64,000 nucleotides of DNA from Vicinamibacteria bacterium (lineage in GTDB: Bacteria; Acidobacteriota; Vicinamibacteria; Marinacidobacterales; Marinacidobacteraceae). Below are positions 1 through 8,673 of this stretch, in pieces (the stretch's first letter is position 1; every line of letters begins with the position of its first letter). The stretch is from assembly GCA_964291235.2 (NCBI GenBank), contig OZ219815.1, forward strand, positions 480,001 to 544,000. The letters are read 5' to 3'. Below the pieces are notes generated by a model. It was not told where the DNA came from, did no database searches, and saw only the letters and a list, made by a program, of their open reading frames with translations. Position numbers and translations under genes: made by a program.

Positions 1-1604
1 ATCAGGATCAGGAAGAGACACAGCGCGATCCCGAAGACCACGAGCGGCCAGCGCATGTCGCCGCCGACGATCCCCTGGGACAGGAGCGCCATGAGGCCCG
101 CCTGGGGCGCCGGCAGTTCTTCGCCGCCGACTCCGATGCCGCCGGCGGCGATGTCCCCCTCGTGGAGCAGCATCATCGGCAGCACCAGGAAGAACGACGC
201 GAAGATCACCCCGATGATCTCCGCCCACTCCATGCGGAAGGGCGTGCCGCCGAGGATCTGGCCCACTTTCAGGTCCTGCAGCATGTCCCCGGCGACCGCG
301 CAGGCGCAGCAGACGACCGCGGCGACTCCCAGCACCGCCGCCACGCCTGCGGTCCCGGTGACCCCCAGGAAGGTCATCAGCAGCGCCGCGAGCAGCAGCG
401 TCGAGATGGTGAGGCCGGAAACCGGATTCGAAGAACTCCCGATCGTGCCGACGAGATAGCCGGCCACCGCCGAGAAGAAGAAGCCGGCGACGATCATCAC
501 GATCGCCGAACCGAGCGCGCCGAGCGGCTGCCCGGTGTAGTAGTTGTAGAGGAAGAACGTCGGGATGATCAGCGCCACCACCCCGGCGGCTGTCCAACTG
601 AACGGGATGTCGCGGTCTTTTTCATCCTGGCCCGCCGGATGGCCGTGCTTCAGCTCGCCGATGGACCGCTTGAGTCCCTCGCCGAGGGACTTCCGCATCC
701 GGAGCAGGGTCCAGACCGCACCGGCGATCATCGCCCCCACCGCGATCGGCCGCACGAGTTCGGCCCACACCACACTGCTGACCGCGGTCCAGTCGGCGCC
801 CGCCGCCGCCAGCTTGCCGGCGTCGGCGAACTCCGGATTGAAGAAGAGGACCGCCGGGATCATGAACCACCAGGCGAAGACCCCGCCGGAGAAGGTGAGC
901 GCCGCAAGCCGGAAACCGATGATGTAACCGACCCCGAGGTAGGCGGGCGAGGCGGCCGGAGTGGAAAAAGGCAAGACCCCCGGCTGTGCCGCCGCGCCGA
1001 AGGACTGGCCCCCGACGGTGACCGAGCCCTGGAAGGAGCCGTAGCCGAGAGCGCCGGAAATGCGGTCGGTGAAGAGCTGGATGCCCTTCGAGTTCTTGAG
1101 GACCTCGATGAGCGCGCCCACCCCCATCATCTGAAAGAGCAGCCGGCCACCGCTGGCGCCCTTACCGGCGCGGTGGATCTCGGCGGCGGCAACCGACTCG
1201 GGGAACGGCAGCTCGGGATCGGTGACCATGCTCCGCCGCAGGATGACGACGAACAGGATCCCGAGCAGCCCGCCGACCAGCATCAGCAGGGTGCTCTCGA
1301 GGTAGTTGAACTCCTCCCAGGCGCCCGCCATCAGGAACGCCGGCAGGGTGAAGATCGCCCCCGCGGCCAGCGCCTCTCCCACCGAAGCGGTGGTGCGGGC
1401 GATGTTCTCTTCGAGGAGGCTGCCCTTGAAGAGTCCCCGGATGACGACCATGGAAACGACCGCGGCGGGGAAGGTCGCCGCGACCGTCTGGCCGGCCCGG
1501 ATGCCGAGGTAGGCGTTCGCCGCTCCCAGCACGACGGCCATGAAGAGGCCGAGGAGAAGAGCCCGGAGCGTGAACTCGCGGGTGCTGCCGGATCCGTTCG
1601 CCAT
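1..1604 (-). CDS. OPT family oligopeptide transporter (3' end runs off the window)
   Basis: Manual minus-strand translation from ATG at 1604 (GGAGG RBS upstream): MANGSGSTREFTLRALLLGLFMAVVLGAANAYLGIRAGQTVAATFPAAVVSM...LEENIARTTASVGEALAAGAIFTLPAF...ELPFPESVAAAEI, typical of OPT. Absent from the ORF track because its stop lies outside the window. Confidence 0.9.
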   Translation of the reverse strand, partial: MANGSGSTREFTLRALLLGLFMAVVLGAANAYLGIRAGQTVAATFPAAVVSMVVIRGLFKGSLLEENIARTTASVGEALAAGAIFTLPAFLMAGAWEEFNYLESTLLMLVGGLLGILFVVILRRSMVTDPELPFPESVAAAEIHRAGKGASGGRLLFQMMGVGALIEVLKNSKGIQLFTDRISGALGYGSFQGSVTVGGQSFGAAAQPGVLPFSTPAASPAYLGVGYIIGFRLAALTFSGGVFAWWFMIPAVLFFNPEFADAGKLAAAGADWTAVSSVVWAELVRPIAVGAMIAGAVWTLLRMRKSLGEGLKRSIGELKHGHPAGQDEKDRDIPFSWTAAGVVALIIPTFFLYNYYTGQPLGALGSAIVMIVAGFFFSAVAGYLVGTIGSSSNPVSGLTISTLLLAALLMTFLGVTGTAGVAAVLGVAAVVCCACAVAGDMLQDLKVGQILGGTPFRMEWAEIIGVIFASFFLVLPMMLLHEGDIAAGGIGVGGEELPAPQAGLMALLSQGIVGGDMRWPLVVFGIALCLFLIL

Positions 1605-1704
1605 GGGGCCTCCTAGAGTCGGGGTAGCCGGCCCCGCGTTATATCACCGAGCGCGAATTCCCTGTCGCCCTGCCCGTCCCGAGTCCTTAGACTTCGGCGC
1701 CTTC

Positions 1705-4700
1705 GTGCACCACCGGAACGGCGAACTCTTTTTCGCGCCCACCGACCTCAGCCGGTTCCTCGCCTGCCGGCATCTGACGACTCTCTCCCGTGCCGTCGCG
1801 CTCGGGGAGACTTCCCCGCCGCCGGTCTTCGAGGATCCGCGGCTGGAGGCGCTGATTGAAGCCGGAAGGCGGCACGAGGCCAGAATCCTCGAGCGGTACC
1901 AGACGGAGGGCCGGAGCGTCGAGACGATCGCGGATTCTGGCAGGTACGCCGAACGGCATGAGCGGACCCTCGATGCCATGCGCCGCGGGGTGGAGGTGAT
2001 CTACCAGGGAAGGCTCGGTGCCGGAACCTGGTCGGGCTCTCCCGACTTCCTGATCTGGGTGGGCCGACCCAGCGCCCTCGGAGACTGGTCCTACGAGGTG
2101 GTGGACGCCAAGCTCGCCACCATGCCCAAGGCCGACGCGGTACTTCAGGTCGCCGTCTATTCGAGGCTGCTTGCGAAGGTCCAGGGCACAGCCCCCGCTC
2201 AAATGCACCTGGAACTCGGTCGCGACGAGGGACGCGAGAGCGTCCGGGTCACGGACTTCGCCGCGTTCGAACGCAGCCTCAGGCGGCAGTTCGACGAGCA
2301 CTGCGCCGCGCCACCCGCCACCTATCCGGAGCCGGTCGACCATTGCCCTCGGTGCGAATGGAACGGGGCCTGCCAGGAACGGCGCCGGAGGGACGACCAC
2401 CTGTCGCTGGTCGCGAATTCCACCCGCCACCAGCACCGCAGGCTTGAAACACGTGGGGTCACGACCCTGACCGGTCTCGCCCGGCTTGCTCTCCCGCTGG
2501 ACCCGCCGCTTCGGCGTGTGGCGCCGGCCGTCCTCCAGCGCATCCAGCGGCAGGCCCGGGCGCAGCTCACCGGGCGCGAACGGGGACGGCCATTCCACAA
2601 ACTGATCCTGCCGCCGGAGGAAGGACGCGGGCTGCTGAAACTCCCCGAGCCGTGCGAGGGAGACCTGTTTTTTGACATCGAGAGCTCCCGGCCCGGTGTG
2701 GACGATGCGCTCGAATACCTGTTCGGCTTCGTGGATGGGGATGGCCGCTACGAGGAGCGCTGGGCCTTCCGCCGCGATGACGAACGCCGGATGTTCGAGG
2801 ACTTCATGGATCTGGTAGCGGACCGGCGGGAGAAGTTCCCGGATCTCCACATCTTCCACTACGGCGGCTACGAGACAGGGGCCCTGAAACGGCTGATGAG
2901 CCGTTACGCCACCCGCGAGGACGCGATGGACGGCTTGCTGCGGCGAGGGGTGTTCGTGGACCTGCTGCAGGTGGTCCGGCAGGGCGTCGTGGCGTCGGTG
3001 GAGAGCTACTCGATCAAGGAGATGGAGCCGTTCTACGGCTTTGATCGGGGGCAGGAACTACCCGAAGCCGGCCGGGCGCTCGCCCGCATGGACGCTCTGC
3101 TCGATTCCGGGGACGCTGCCGGAGTGCCGCCGGAGGACCGCGAGATCATCCGCCGCTACAACCGGGAGGATTGTCTTTCCACCCTGGCGCTCCACGGCTG
3201 GCTCGAAGAGCGTCGGCGGGAACTGACGGACCGCATCGGGCCGCGGGACCGGCCCGTCGTGGAAATCAGGCCGGAGGATGAACAGACGCAAACGGAGGCG
3301 GCGGCGCGGGTATCGGAACTCGTCGCGCGGCTCGGAGCAGGTCCCGCCGAAGAGGCGGGGGCGCGGCGGCTGCTGGGCTACCTGCTCGACTACTACCGGC
3401 GGGAGGACAAATCGAAGTGGTGGGAGTACTTCCGGGTGAAGGATCTCGACGCCCAGGAACTCGTCGAAGATTCCGCGCCGCTGGGCGGGATCGAGTTTGA
3501 TCGGGAACTCGGACGGGAACAGCGGTCCGTACTGCACCGTTACCGGTTCCCGCTACAGGAGCACCGCATCAAGGTCGGAGGGAAGCCAGAGGACTTCGCC
3601 ACCGGCAAATCGTCGGGCGAGGTCTTCGAGATCTCGGAAAGAACCCTGACCCTGAAGCGCAGCAGCACGGCCCAGCAGCAACCCCATCCGCGCGCGCTGG
3701 TGCCGGCCGAACGGGTGCGGCCGGCGCCCAAGCCCGGATCGCTGTTCCGCCTCGGCGAGGCGGTCGCGGAGGCCGGGTTCGCCGATGACAGTCCGCGCCG
3801 GGCTGCATTCGACCTCCTTCGCCGGATCCCGCCGCGCGGCCGCATCGCCGGAGAACCCCTGGTCCGCCCGGGCGAGGACATCATCGCCGGCGCTCGGCGC
3901 CTCGCACTCGATCTCGACGGGGGAGTGCTGCCGATCCAGGGACCGCCCGGCAGCGGCAAGACCTACACCGGCGCCCGCGTCATCACCGCGCTGTTGGCGG
4001 CCGGGCGGAGGGTCGGCGTAACGGCGCAGAGCCATCGCGTCATCACAAACCTGCTCGACAGCGTGTGCTCGGCGGCGACGGAGGAAGGAGTCGTCTTCCG
4101 AGGCATCCAGGGGGTGCGGGAGACGGGTTGCGACGATCCCCGGATCAAGGTCCTGGCAGGTTCCTCCAAGCTAACGGCGGACGCCGCGACGGACCCCGGC
4201 GTCCACCTGATCGCGGGCACCGCCTGGGTCTGGGCCCGGGACGACATGACCGATTCCGTGGACGTGCTGGTCGTGGATGAAGCCGGGCAGTTCGCACTGG
4301 CGGACGCGCTTGCCTCCGCCTCGGCGGCGGACAGCCTGATTCTGCTCGGCGACCCGGCCCAACTCGACCAGGTGACCCAGGGCGACCACCCGGAGGGGTC
4401 CGACGTTTCCGCGCTCGACCATCTCCTCGGCGAGCACCAGACGATGCCGCCCGACCGCGGCCTCTTTCTCGAAGCCACATGGCGGATGCACCCGGACATC
4501 TGCGGTTTCACCTCCGAGCAGTTCTACGAGGACCGGTTGGCAGCGCGCCCGGGACTGGAGCGACAGCGGGTCGAGGGCGGGCCGCTACCGGGCGCCGGGC
4601 TTCGGTTCGTCCCCGTCGCACACGAAGGCAACCAGACGGAGTCGCCAGAGGAGGCCGAACGGATCGCCGACCTGGTGGACGGCCTGCTCGAAGGCGCGTC

Positions 4701-5082
4701 CTGGACGGACGACCGGGGCGTCGCGCGTCGGGTTACCTCCAACGACATCCTCGTCGTCGTTCCCTATAACGATCAGCTTGCCTTGCTGGGCCGTCGGCTC
4801 GGGGACCGGGTGCGCGGGGTCGGGACCGTGGACAAGTTCCAGGGCCAGGAGGCCCCCGTCGTGTTCTTCTCGATGGCAACCTCGACCCCGGAGGCGGCCC
4901 CGCGGGGGATGGACTTCCTCTATTCGTCGCACCGGCTGAACGTGGCGACATCGCGCGCCCGCTGCCTCGCGGTCGTGGTCGCGAGCCCGGAACTCTTCTT
5001 TCCCGAGTGCAAGACCCCGCACCAGATGCGGCTCGCCAACGCGTTCTGCCGTTTCCGCGAGCTTGCCGACGTGGTCCAGTAG
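1705..5082 (+). CDS. TM0106-family RecB/Cas4-like nuclease fused to RNase H-like and DNA2/NAM7-like SF1 helicase domains
   Basis: APTDLSRFLACRH N-terminus, PDFL...YEVVDAK nuclease motif, Cys cluster HCPRCEWNGAC, FFDIES, Walker A IQGPPGSGKT, VVDEAGQ, GTVDKFQGQE, RLNVATSRA. Start taken as GTG 1705 within ORF 1540..5082. Confidence 0.9.
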   Translation: MHHRNGELFFAPTDLSRFLACRHLTTLSRAVALGETSPPPVFEDPRLEALIEAGRRHEARILERYQTEGRSVETIADSGRYAERHERTLDAMRRGVEVIYQGRLGAGTWSGSPDFLIWVGRPSALGDWSYEVVDAKLATMPKADAVLQVAVYSRLLAKVQGTAPAQMHLELGRDEGRESVRVTDFAAFERSLRRQFDEHCAAPPATYPEPVDHCPRCEWNGACQERRRRDDHLSLVANSTRHQHRRLETRGVTTLTGLARLALPLDPPLRRVAPAVLQRIQRQARAQLTGRERGRPFHKLILPPEEGRGLLKLPEPCEGDLFFDIESSRPGVDDALEYLFGFVDGDGRYEERWAFRRDDERRMFEDFMDLVADRREKFPDLHIFHYGGYETGALKRLMSRYATREDAMDGLLRRGVFVDLLQVVRQGVVASVESYSIKEMEPFYGFDRGQELPEAGRALARMDALLDSGDAAGVPPEDREIIRRYNREDCLSTLALHGWLEERRRELTDRIGPRDRPVVEIRPEDEQTQTEAAARVSELVARLGAGPAEEAGARRLLGYLLDYYRREDKSKWWEYFRVKDLDAQELVEDSAPLGGIEFDRELGREQRSVLHRYRFPLQEHRIKVGGKPEDFATGKSSGEVFEISERTLTLKRSSTAQQQPHPRALVPAERVRPAPKPGSLFRLGEAVAEAGFADDSPRRAAFDLLRRIPPRGRIAGEPLVRPGEDIIAGARRLALDLDGGVLPIQGPPGSGKTYTGARVITALLAAGRRVGVTAQSHRVITNLLDSVCSAATEEGVVFRGIQGVRETGCDDPRIKVLAGSSKLTADAATDPGVHLIAGTAWVWARDDMTDSVDVLVVDEAGQFALADALASASAADSLILLGDPAQLDQVTQGDHPEGSDVSALDHLLGEHQTMPPDRGLFLEATWRMHPDICGFTSEQFYEDRLAARPGLERQRVEGGPLPGAGLRFVPVAHEGNQTESPEEAERIADLVDGLLEGASWTDDRGVARRVTSNDILVVVPYNDQLALLGRRLGDRVRGVGTVDKFQGQEAPVVFFSMATSTPEAAPRGMDFLYSSHRLNVATSRARCLAVVVASPELFFPECKTPHQMRLANAFCRFRELADVVQ

Positions 5083-5165
5083 CGCCAGGAGGGAAACGGG
5101 TCACTGTCCGGCGGCCTGCCGAGATGGGGACCTCGCGGGCTACGCCGCCGCCCGCCGGCGGGCTG

Positions 5166-5192
5166 TGCCGGCCTGAAGGCCGGCGGTCCCTA
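5166..5192 (-). repeat. Solo REP-like palindrome starting at the RLP stop codon
   Basis: Minus strand reads TAG-GGACC-GCCGGCCT-TC-AGGCCGGC-A, similar to the arms of the elements at 9762 and 56242. It lies between convergent genes. Confidence 0.55.
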
Positions 5193-6758
5193 CTCCGCCC
5201 GCATGGGGCGGTCGCGGTCGTGGTCCACGACGCAGAAGAATCCGAAGGGCTCCTCGGTCTCATTCCGCAACTGGTGGGACTCCAGAGGGCCGACGCAGGC
5301 GACATCGAGGTGCCGGAGCGGCAGGCGCCGATCTCCGAGGAGCAGGACCCCTTCCCCCCGGGCCCCGATGACGACGTGGGTATGGACGTGCTTCTCGAGG
5401 CTGGTGTGACCTCCGGGTTCCACCTCGAAGTAGCGCAGGTCCGAGCGCGTCCGTTCTCCGAACTTCCCCACCAGTTCCACCCGGCGCACTCCCCGGAAGG
5501 CGAGATCCCCGGCGTCCTTGTAGGGAGAACTGTCCCGGCCCTCCCAGTTCCAGTCCCGCCGGAAGGCGAGCCGCCGGGGCTCCGGCAGCGCAGGCTGCCG
5601 CGGGTCCGAGGGCTCGATCGACACCTCCGGGTGAACCTCTCGAATCCTCTCGAGGATCTCGCGGGTTCCCGCCTCGATTCCCTCGGGATGACCGAGCAGA
5701 GCGCCGCCGATCAGCAACACGGTGTCGGGGCCGTAGGTCTGACAGACGCGGCCGACGTCCGCCGGTCCCATTCCGCCGGCGGGGGCCGGCCACGCCGGAC
5801 CGAGCGCGCCGAGCGGCTCGCGGAGACGCTCGGTGATCTCCGCACATGCGGCTCGGGTGTAGGCGAAGCGGCCACCGGCGTCCGGAAACACCGAGATGTC
5901 GGCGCCCGCGAGCCGGAACAGGGTGCCGAGAAGGACCCCGTGGGCCACCCCGTGTTCCGGCGCGTGGGTATAGACCCCGGTCAGGGACGGATGCGCCATG
6001 AAGAGCAGCGGATAACTCTCCGCCAGGGCGCGCATCGTGTCGAGGCCGGTGATCATCGGGCAGATGAGAACTCCGGGAAGTCCGGCCTCGGCAACGAACT
6101 CGACGTAACGTTCGAGTTCGTCCGCCGGGGCGCCGGCGTGCGGGAGGTAGAGGCACCGGCCGCCGCTGGCCTGATTGCCCCGGTCCACCGCTGCCGCGCA
6201 GGCCAGGACGCGGCGCCGAAAAGACTCGAAGTCGTCCGTCAGGTTCTGGTCGTCCTTCACCAGGTCGCCGCCGCCCCGGGCGAACGCCTCCCCGATGGAC
6301 GCCAGCTCCGAAACGCTTGAGCCCTGGGGCTTGAGCGCGGTAGCCAGCAGGGGCCGTCCCAGGACCCCGCACCTCCGCCGCACTCCCTCCACGCCGTGGT
6401 TGGGGCCGGCCAGGCTATCGAGCAACGGTCGCGGCGGTTGCAGGTCCACCAGCCGCACCCGGCCGTACATCGGCGCGTTGCCGATCGCGACCGCCAGCAA
6501 TCCGAATAGATCCGAAGCGAGGTCGGCCGCGTAGCTGATGGTGACGCGGCTCGCACCCGGAACATCCGGATCGGGCGTCACCGCCTCGACCCGGCCGACG
6601 ATTTCGTCCCGGATCTTCCCGGGCGGAATGAGCGCCTCCGGGATTTCCACGGTCTGTTCGATGGCGATGAGGCGGGCCAGGTCCTCCGGCGCGGCGGCGT
6701 CCGGCCGGACCCGGTAGACGGCCGTGGCCCGATCGGAATCCGGCTGCGGGCCGACCAC
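5190..6758 (-). CDS. RuBisCO-like protein (form IV, DeepYkr-like) fused to a C-terminal cupin (putative methylthioxylulose-5-P methylsulfurylase)
   Basis: RLP motifs IAIEQTVE, ATALKPQG, GGDLVKDDQNL, MAHPSLTG, LFRLAGAD, GGRF, PAPAGGM, LLIGG. Cupin tail WEG...PYK...LRYFEVEPGGHTSLEKHVHTH...HQLRN...FGFFCVVDHDRDRP. Confidence 0.88.
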   Translation of the reverse strand: MVGPQPDSDRATAVYRVRPDAAAPEDLARLIAIEQTVEIPEALIPPGKIRDEIVGRVEAVTPDPDVPGASRVTISYAADLASDLFGLLAVAIGNAPMYGRVRLVDLQPPRPLLDSLAGPNHGVEGVRRRCGVLGRPLLATALKPQGSSVSELASIGEAFARGGGDLVKDDQNLTDDFESFRRRVLACAAAVDRGNQASGGRCLYLPHAGAPADELERYVEFVAEAGLPGVLICPMITGLDTMRALAESYPLLFMAHPSLTGVYTHAPEHGVAHGVLLGTLFRLAGADISVFPDAGGRFAYTRAACAEITERLREPLGALGPAWPAPAGGMGPADVGRVCQTYGPDTVLLIGGALLGHPEGIEAGTREILERIREVHPEVSIEPSDPRQPALPEPRRLAFRRDWNWEGRDSSPYKDAGDLAFRGVRRVELVGKFGERTRSDLRYFEVEPGGHTSLEKHVHTHVVIGARGEGVLLLGDRRLPLRHLDVACVGPLESHQLRNETEEPFGFFCVVDHDRDRPMRAE

Positions 6759-6766
6759 TTCGGAAC

Positions 6767-7831
6767 TCAGCGGTGCCGCCGCGACCGGCGCGGACCGCTC
6801 TCGCCGAGTCGAAGCTCGGTGTCGGCGGTGAGATCGGGGCCGGCGATCTCACCGCGGAGGAGCGCCAGGTGGCCGGCGGCGGCGATCATGGCGGCATTGT
6901 CGGTCGAGAGGGCGATGCTCGGGTAGAACACCGGCAATCCCCGCTCCTGGCCGAGCGCCTGGAAGTTGGCGCGCAGGGCCGAGTTGGCGGCGACTCCTCC
7001 CGTCAGCAGCACCGCCTGCGCTTCGAACATGCGCAGCGCACGATCCACCGAACGCCGAAGGGCGCGGACGACCGCCGACTGAAAGCTGGCGGCCAGGTCC
7101 CGCAGGTCTTCCCGGTCGAACGGGTCTTGCTCATCAGCCAGCGGCTCGATGCCCTCCTGCTCGATGAGCCGGAGGACCTGTGTCTTGAGACCCGAGAAAC
7201 TGAAATCGAGTTTCGCCCCGTCCGAAAAGTGTGGGAGAGAAAACAGGTGACGGCGCGCATCGCCCCTTTGCGCCAGGCGGTCGAGGATCGGCCCTCCCGG
7301 ATAACCGAGCCCGAGCCGCTTGGCGAGCTTGTCGTACGCCTCGCCAGCCGCGTCGTCGCGCGTCTTGCCGAGCAGCCGATAGGAACTCTCGGCTTCAAGC
7401 AGGAAGAGGCTCGTGTGCCCTCCGGAGACCACCAGCGCGAGCGCCGGGTGGGGCACGTCCCCGCCCTCCAGATAGCAGGCGCGAATGTGGCCCTCGATGT
7501 GGTCCACGCCGACCAGGGGAATGCCGCGGGCGAAAGCGAACGCCTTGGCGAAGGAGACCCCGGCGAGCAGGGCCCCGATCAGGCCGGGGCCGTTCGTCAC
7601 CGCGACCGCCTCGACATCATCCACCTCGATACCCGCCTTCTGGAGCGCCTGCCGCACCACGGGCGAAAGGTTGAGGAGGTGTTGCCGGGAGGCAATCTCG
7701 GGGACCACCCCGCCGAAAGCGGCGTGCTGGGCGACCTGGGAGGAGACGACGTTCGAGAGGATGCGCCGGCCGTCCTCGACCACGGCGGCCGAGGTCTCGT
7801 CGCAGGAAGTCTCGATCCCGAGGATGAGCAT
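6767..7831 (-). CDS. tsaD: tRNA N6-adenosine threonylcarbamoyltransferase
   Basis: ILGIETSCDETSAA, GGVVPEIASRQH, GPGLIGAL, HIEGH, LVVSGGHT, TRDDAAGEAYDK, FSFSGLKT, GGVAANSALR, TDNAAMIA. Confidence 0.97.
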   Translation of the reverse strand: MLILGIETSCDETSAAVVEDGRRILSNVVSSQVAQHAAFGGVVPEIASRQHLLNLSPVVRQALQKAGIEVDDVEAVAVTNGPGLIGALLAGVSFAKAFAFARGIPLVGVDHIEGHIRACYLEGGDVPHPALALVVSGGHTSLFLLEAESSYRLLGKTRDDAAGEAYDKLAKRLGLGYPGGPILDRLAQRGDARRHLFSLPHFSDGAKLDFSFSGLKTQVLRLIEQEGIEPLADEQDPFDREDLRDLAASFQSAVVRALRRSVDRALRMFEAQAVLLTGGVAANSALRANFQALGQERGLPVFYPSIALSTDNAAMIAAAGHLALLRGEIAGPDLTADTELRLGESGPRRSRRHR

Positions 7832-7917
7832 GGGTTCAGGGGACGATGCCAAACAGCCAGTCGCGAGCGTGCTGCGTCAATGTGCAACCACACTCCGCTG
7901 GCATCGTAGATCCCGCA

Positions 7918-8625
7918 TCAAGAGTAGTGCGCTTCCTGTAACTGGAGTTGATCCGTAGCGTCGATGACATCGGGCTCGTCCCACACCTCGTCCTGCAGAA
8001 GGAACGTGTGACTGTTGGTGTGGCGGGCGTACTTGGAACGGTCGCGAACGACGCCGACCGGGATCAGGGCCGCCCGCACCACACGGTAATTCTCGTCGAA
8101 CAGCACCGCGGCAAGGATGTCGAACCCGTTGAGATCGCGGATTGGCGACAGAAGCCGAGAAGGATGGCGACCAGTGAGTCGGCGTCCCTTGATCTGGTAG
8201 CGCTTGCCATCCCTGTCTCTCGCATCGAGCGCCTTCCCGGGGTCCAATTCCCACCCGTAGGCGGCGCAGAACAGGTACTCCGCGAGATCGCCGGTCGGAT
8301 TGTTCTCCGTTCTCAGCACTCTGCGCGCGCGCAGTTCTTTCAAGGCCCCAACGTGGCAAGCGAGGAGTTCAGCAATCGACTTCTCCTTCGGGGTCGTTCG
8401 GTCTTCGCGCAGCAGCACGACGCTATCCGTCTGCGGAGTGCCTTCGGTGAGGCGGGAAAGCGCATCGGTGCGCTTCCGCAACTCCACCATGCGCTGGATC
8501 CGGTCGAACCGCTCCGTCAACGCGCGCCGAGCCTCGGCTTCCATGGAGCGGTCGTTCGCCTTGGCCTCGGCCTTCAGCGCCTGGATCACATGATCGTCCA
8601 GATTTCGAATCGTAAGGCTGCCCAT
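7918..8625 (-). CDS. FitA-like ribbon-helix-helix protein fused to a putative PD-(D/E)xK-like nuclease (DUF6998-like)
   Basis: N-terminal MGSLTIRNLDDHVIQALKAEAKANDRSMEAEARRAL...TDSVVLLREDR (FitA/Arc-like). C-terminal NNPTGDLAEYLFC...LDARDRDGKRYQIKGRR (E...D...QxK pattern). GGAGG RBS before ATG 8625; locally lower GC. Confidence 0.7.
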   Translation of the reverse strand: MGSLTIRNLDDHVIQALKAEAKANDRSMEAEARRALTERFDRIQRMVELRKRTDALSRLTEGTPQTDSVVLLREDRTTPKEKSIAELLACHVGALKELRARRVLRTENNPTGDLAEYLFCAAYGWELDPGKALDARDRDGKRYQIKGRRLTGRHPSRLLSPIRDLNGFDILAAVLFDENYRVVRAALIPVGVVRDRSKYARHTNSHTFLLQDEVWDEPDVIDATDQLQLQEAHYS

Positions 8626-8673
8626 GCCAACGCCTCCACAGCGTTCTGATTGCGTGATGCTAGCACATTGCAC

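Noticed and set aside
162-1616. 484-aa plus-strand ORF
   Set aside because: Antisense shadow of the OPT transporter, with biased composition typical of GC-rich DNA.
5190-6758. Possible CO2-fixing RuBisCO
   Set aside because: It lacks the KDDE motif and other form I-III residues, and no rbcS or prk is nearby. It is a form IV RLP.
7878-8670. 8-bp inverted match (CAATGTGC / GCACATTG) flanking the RHH-nuclease insert as possible element ends
   Set aside because: Too short, with no target duplication, so it could be chance.
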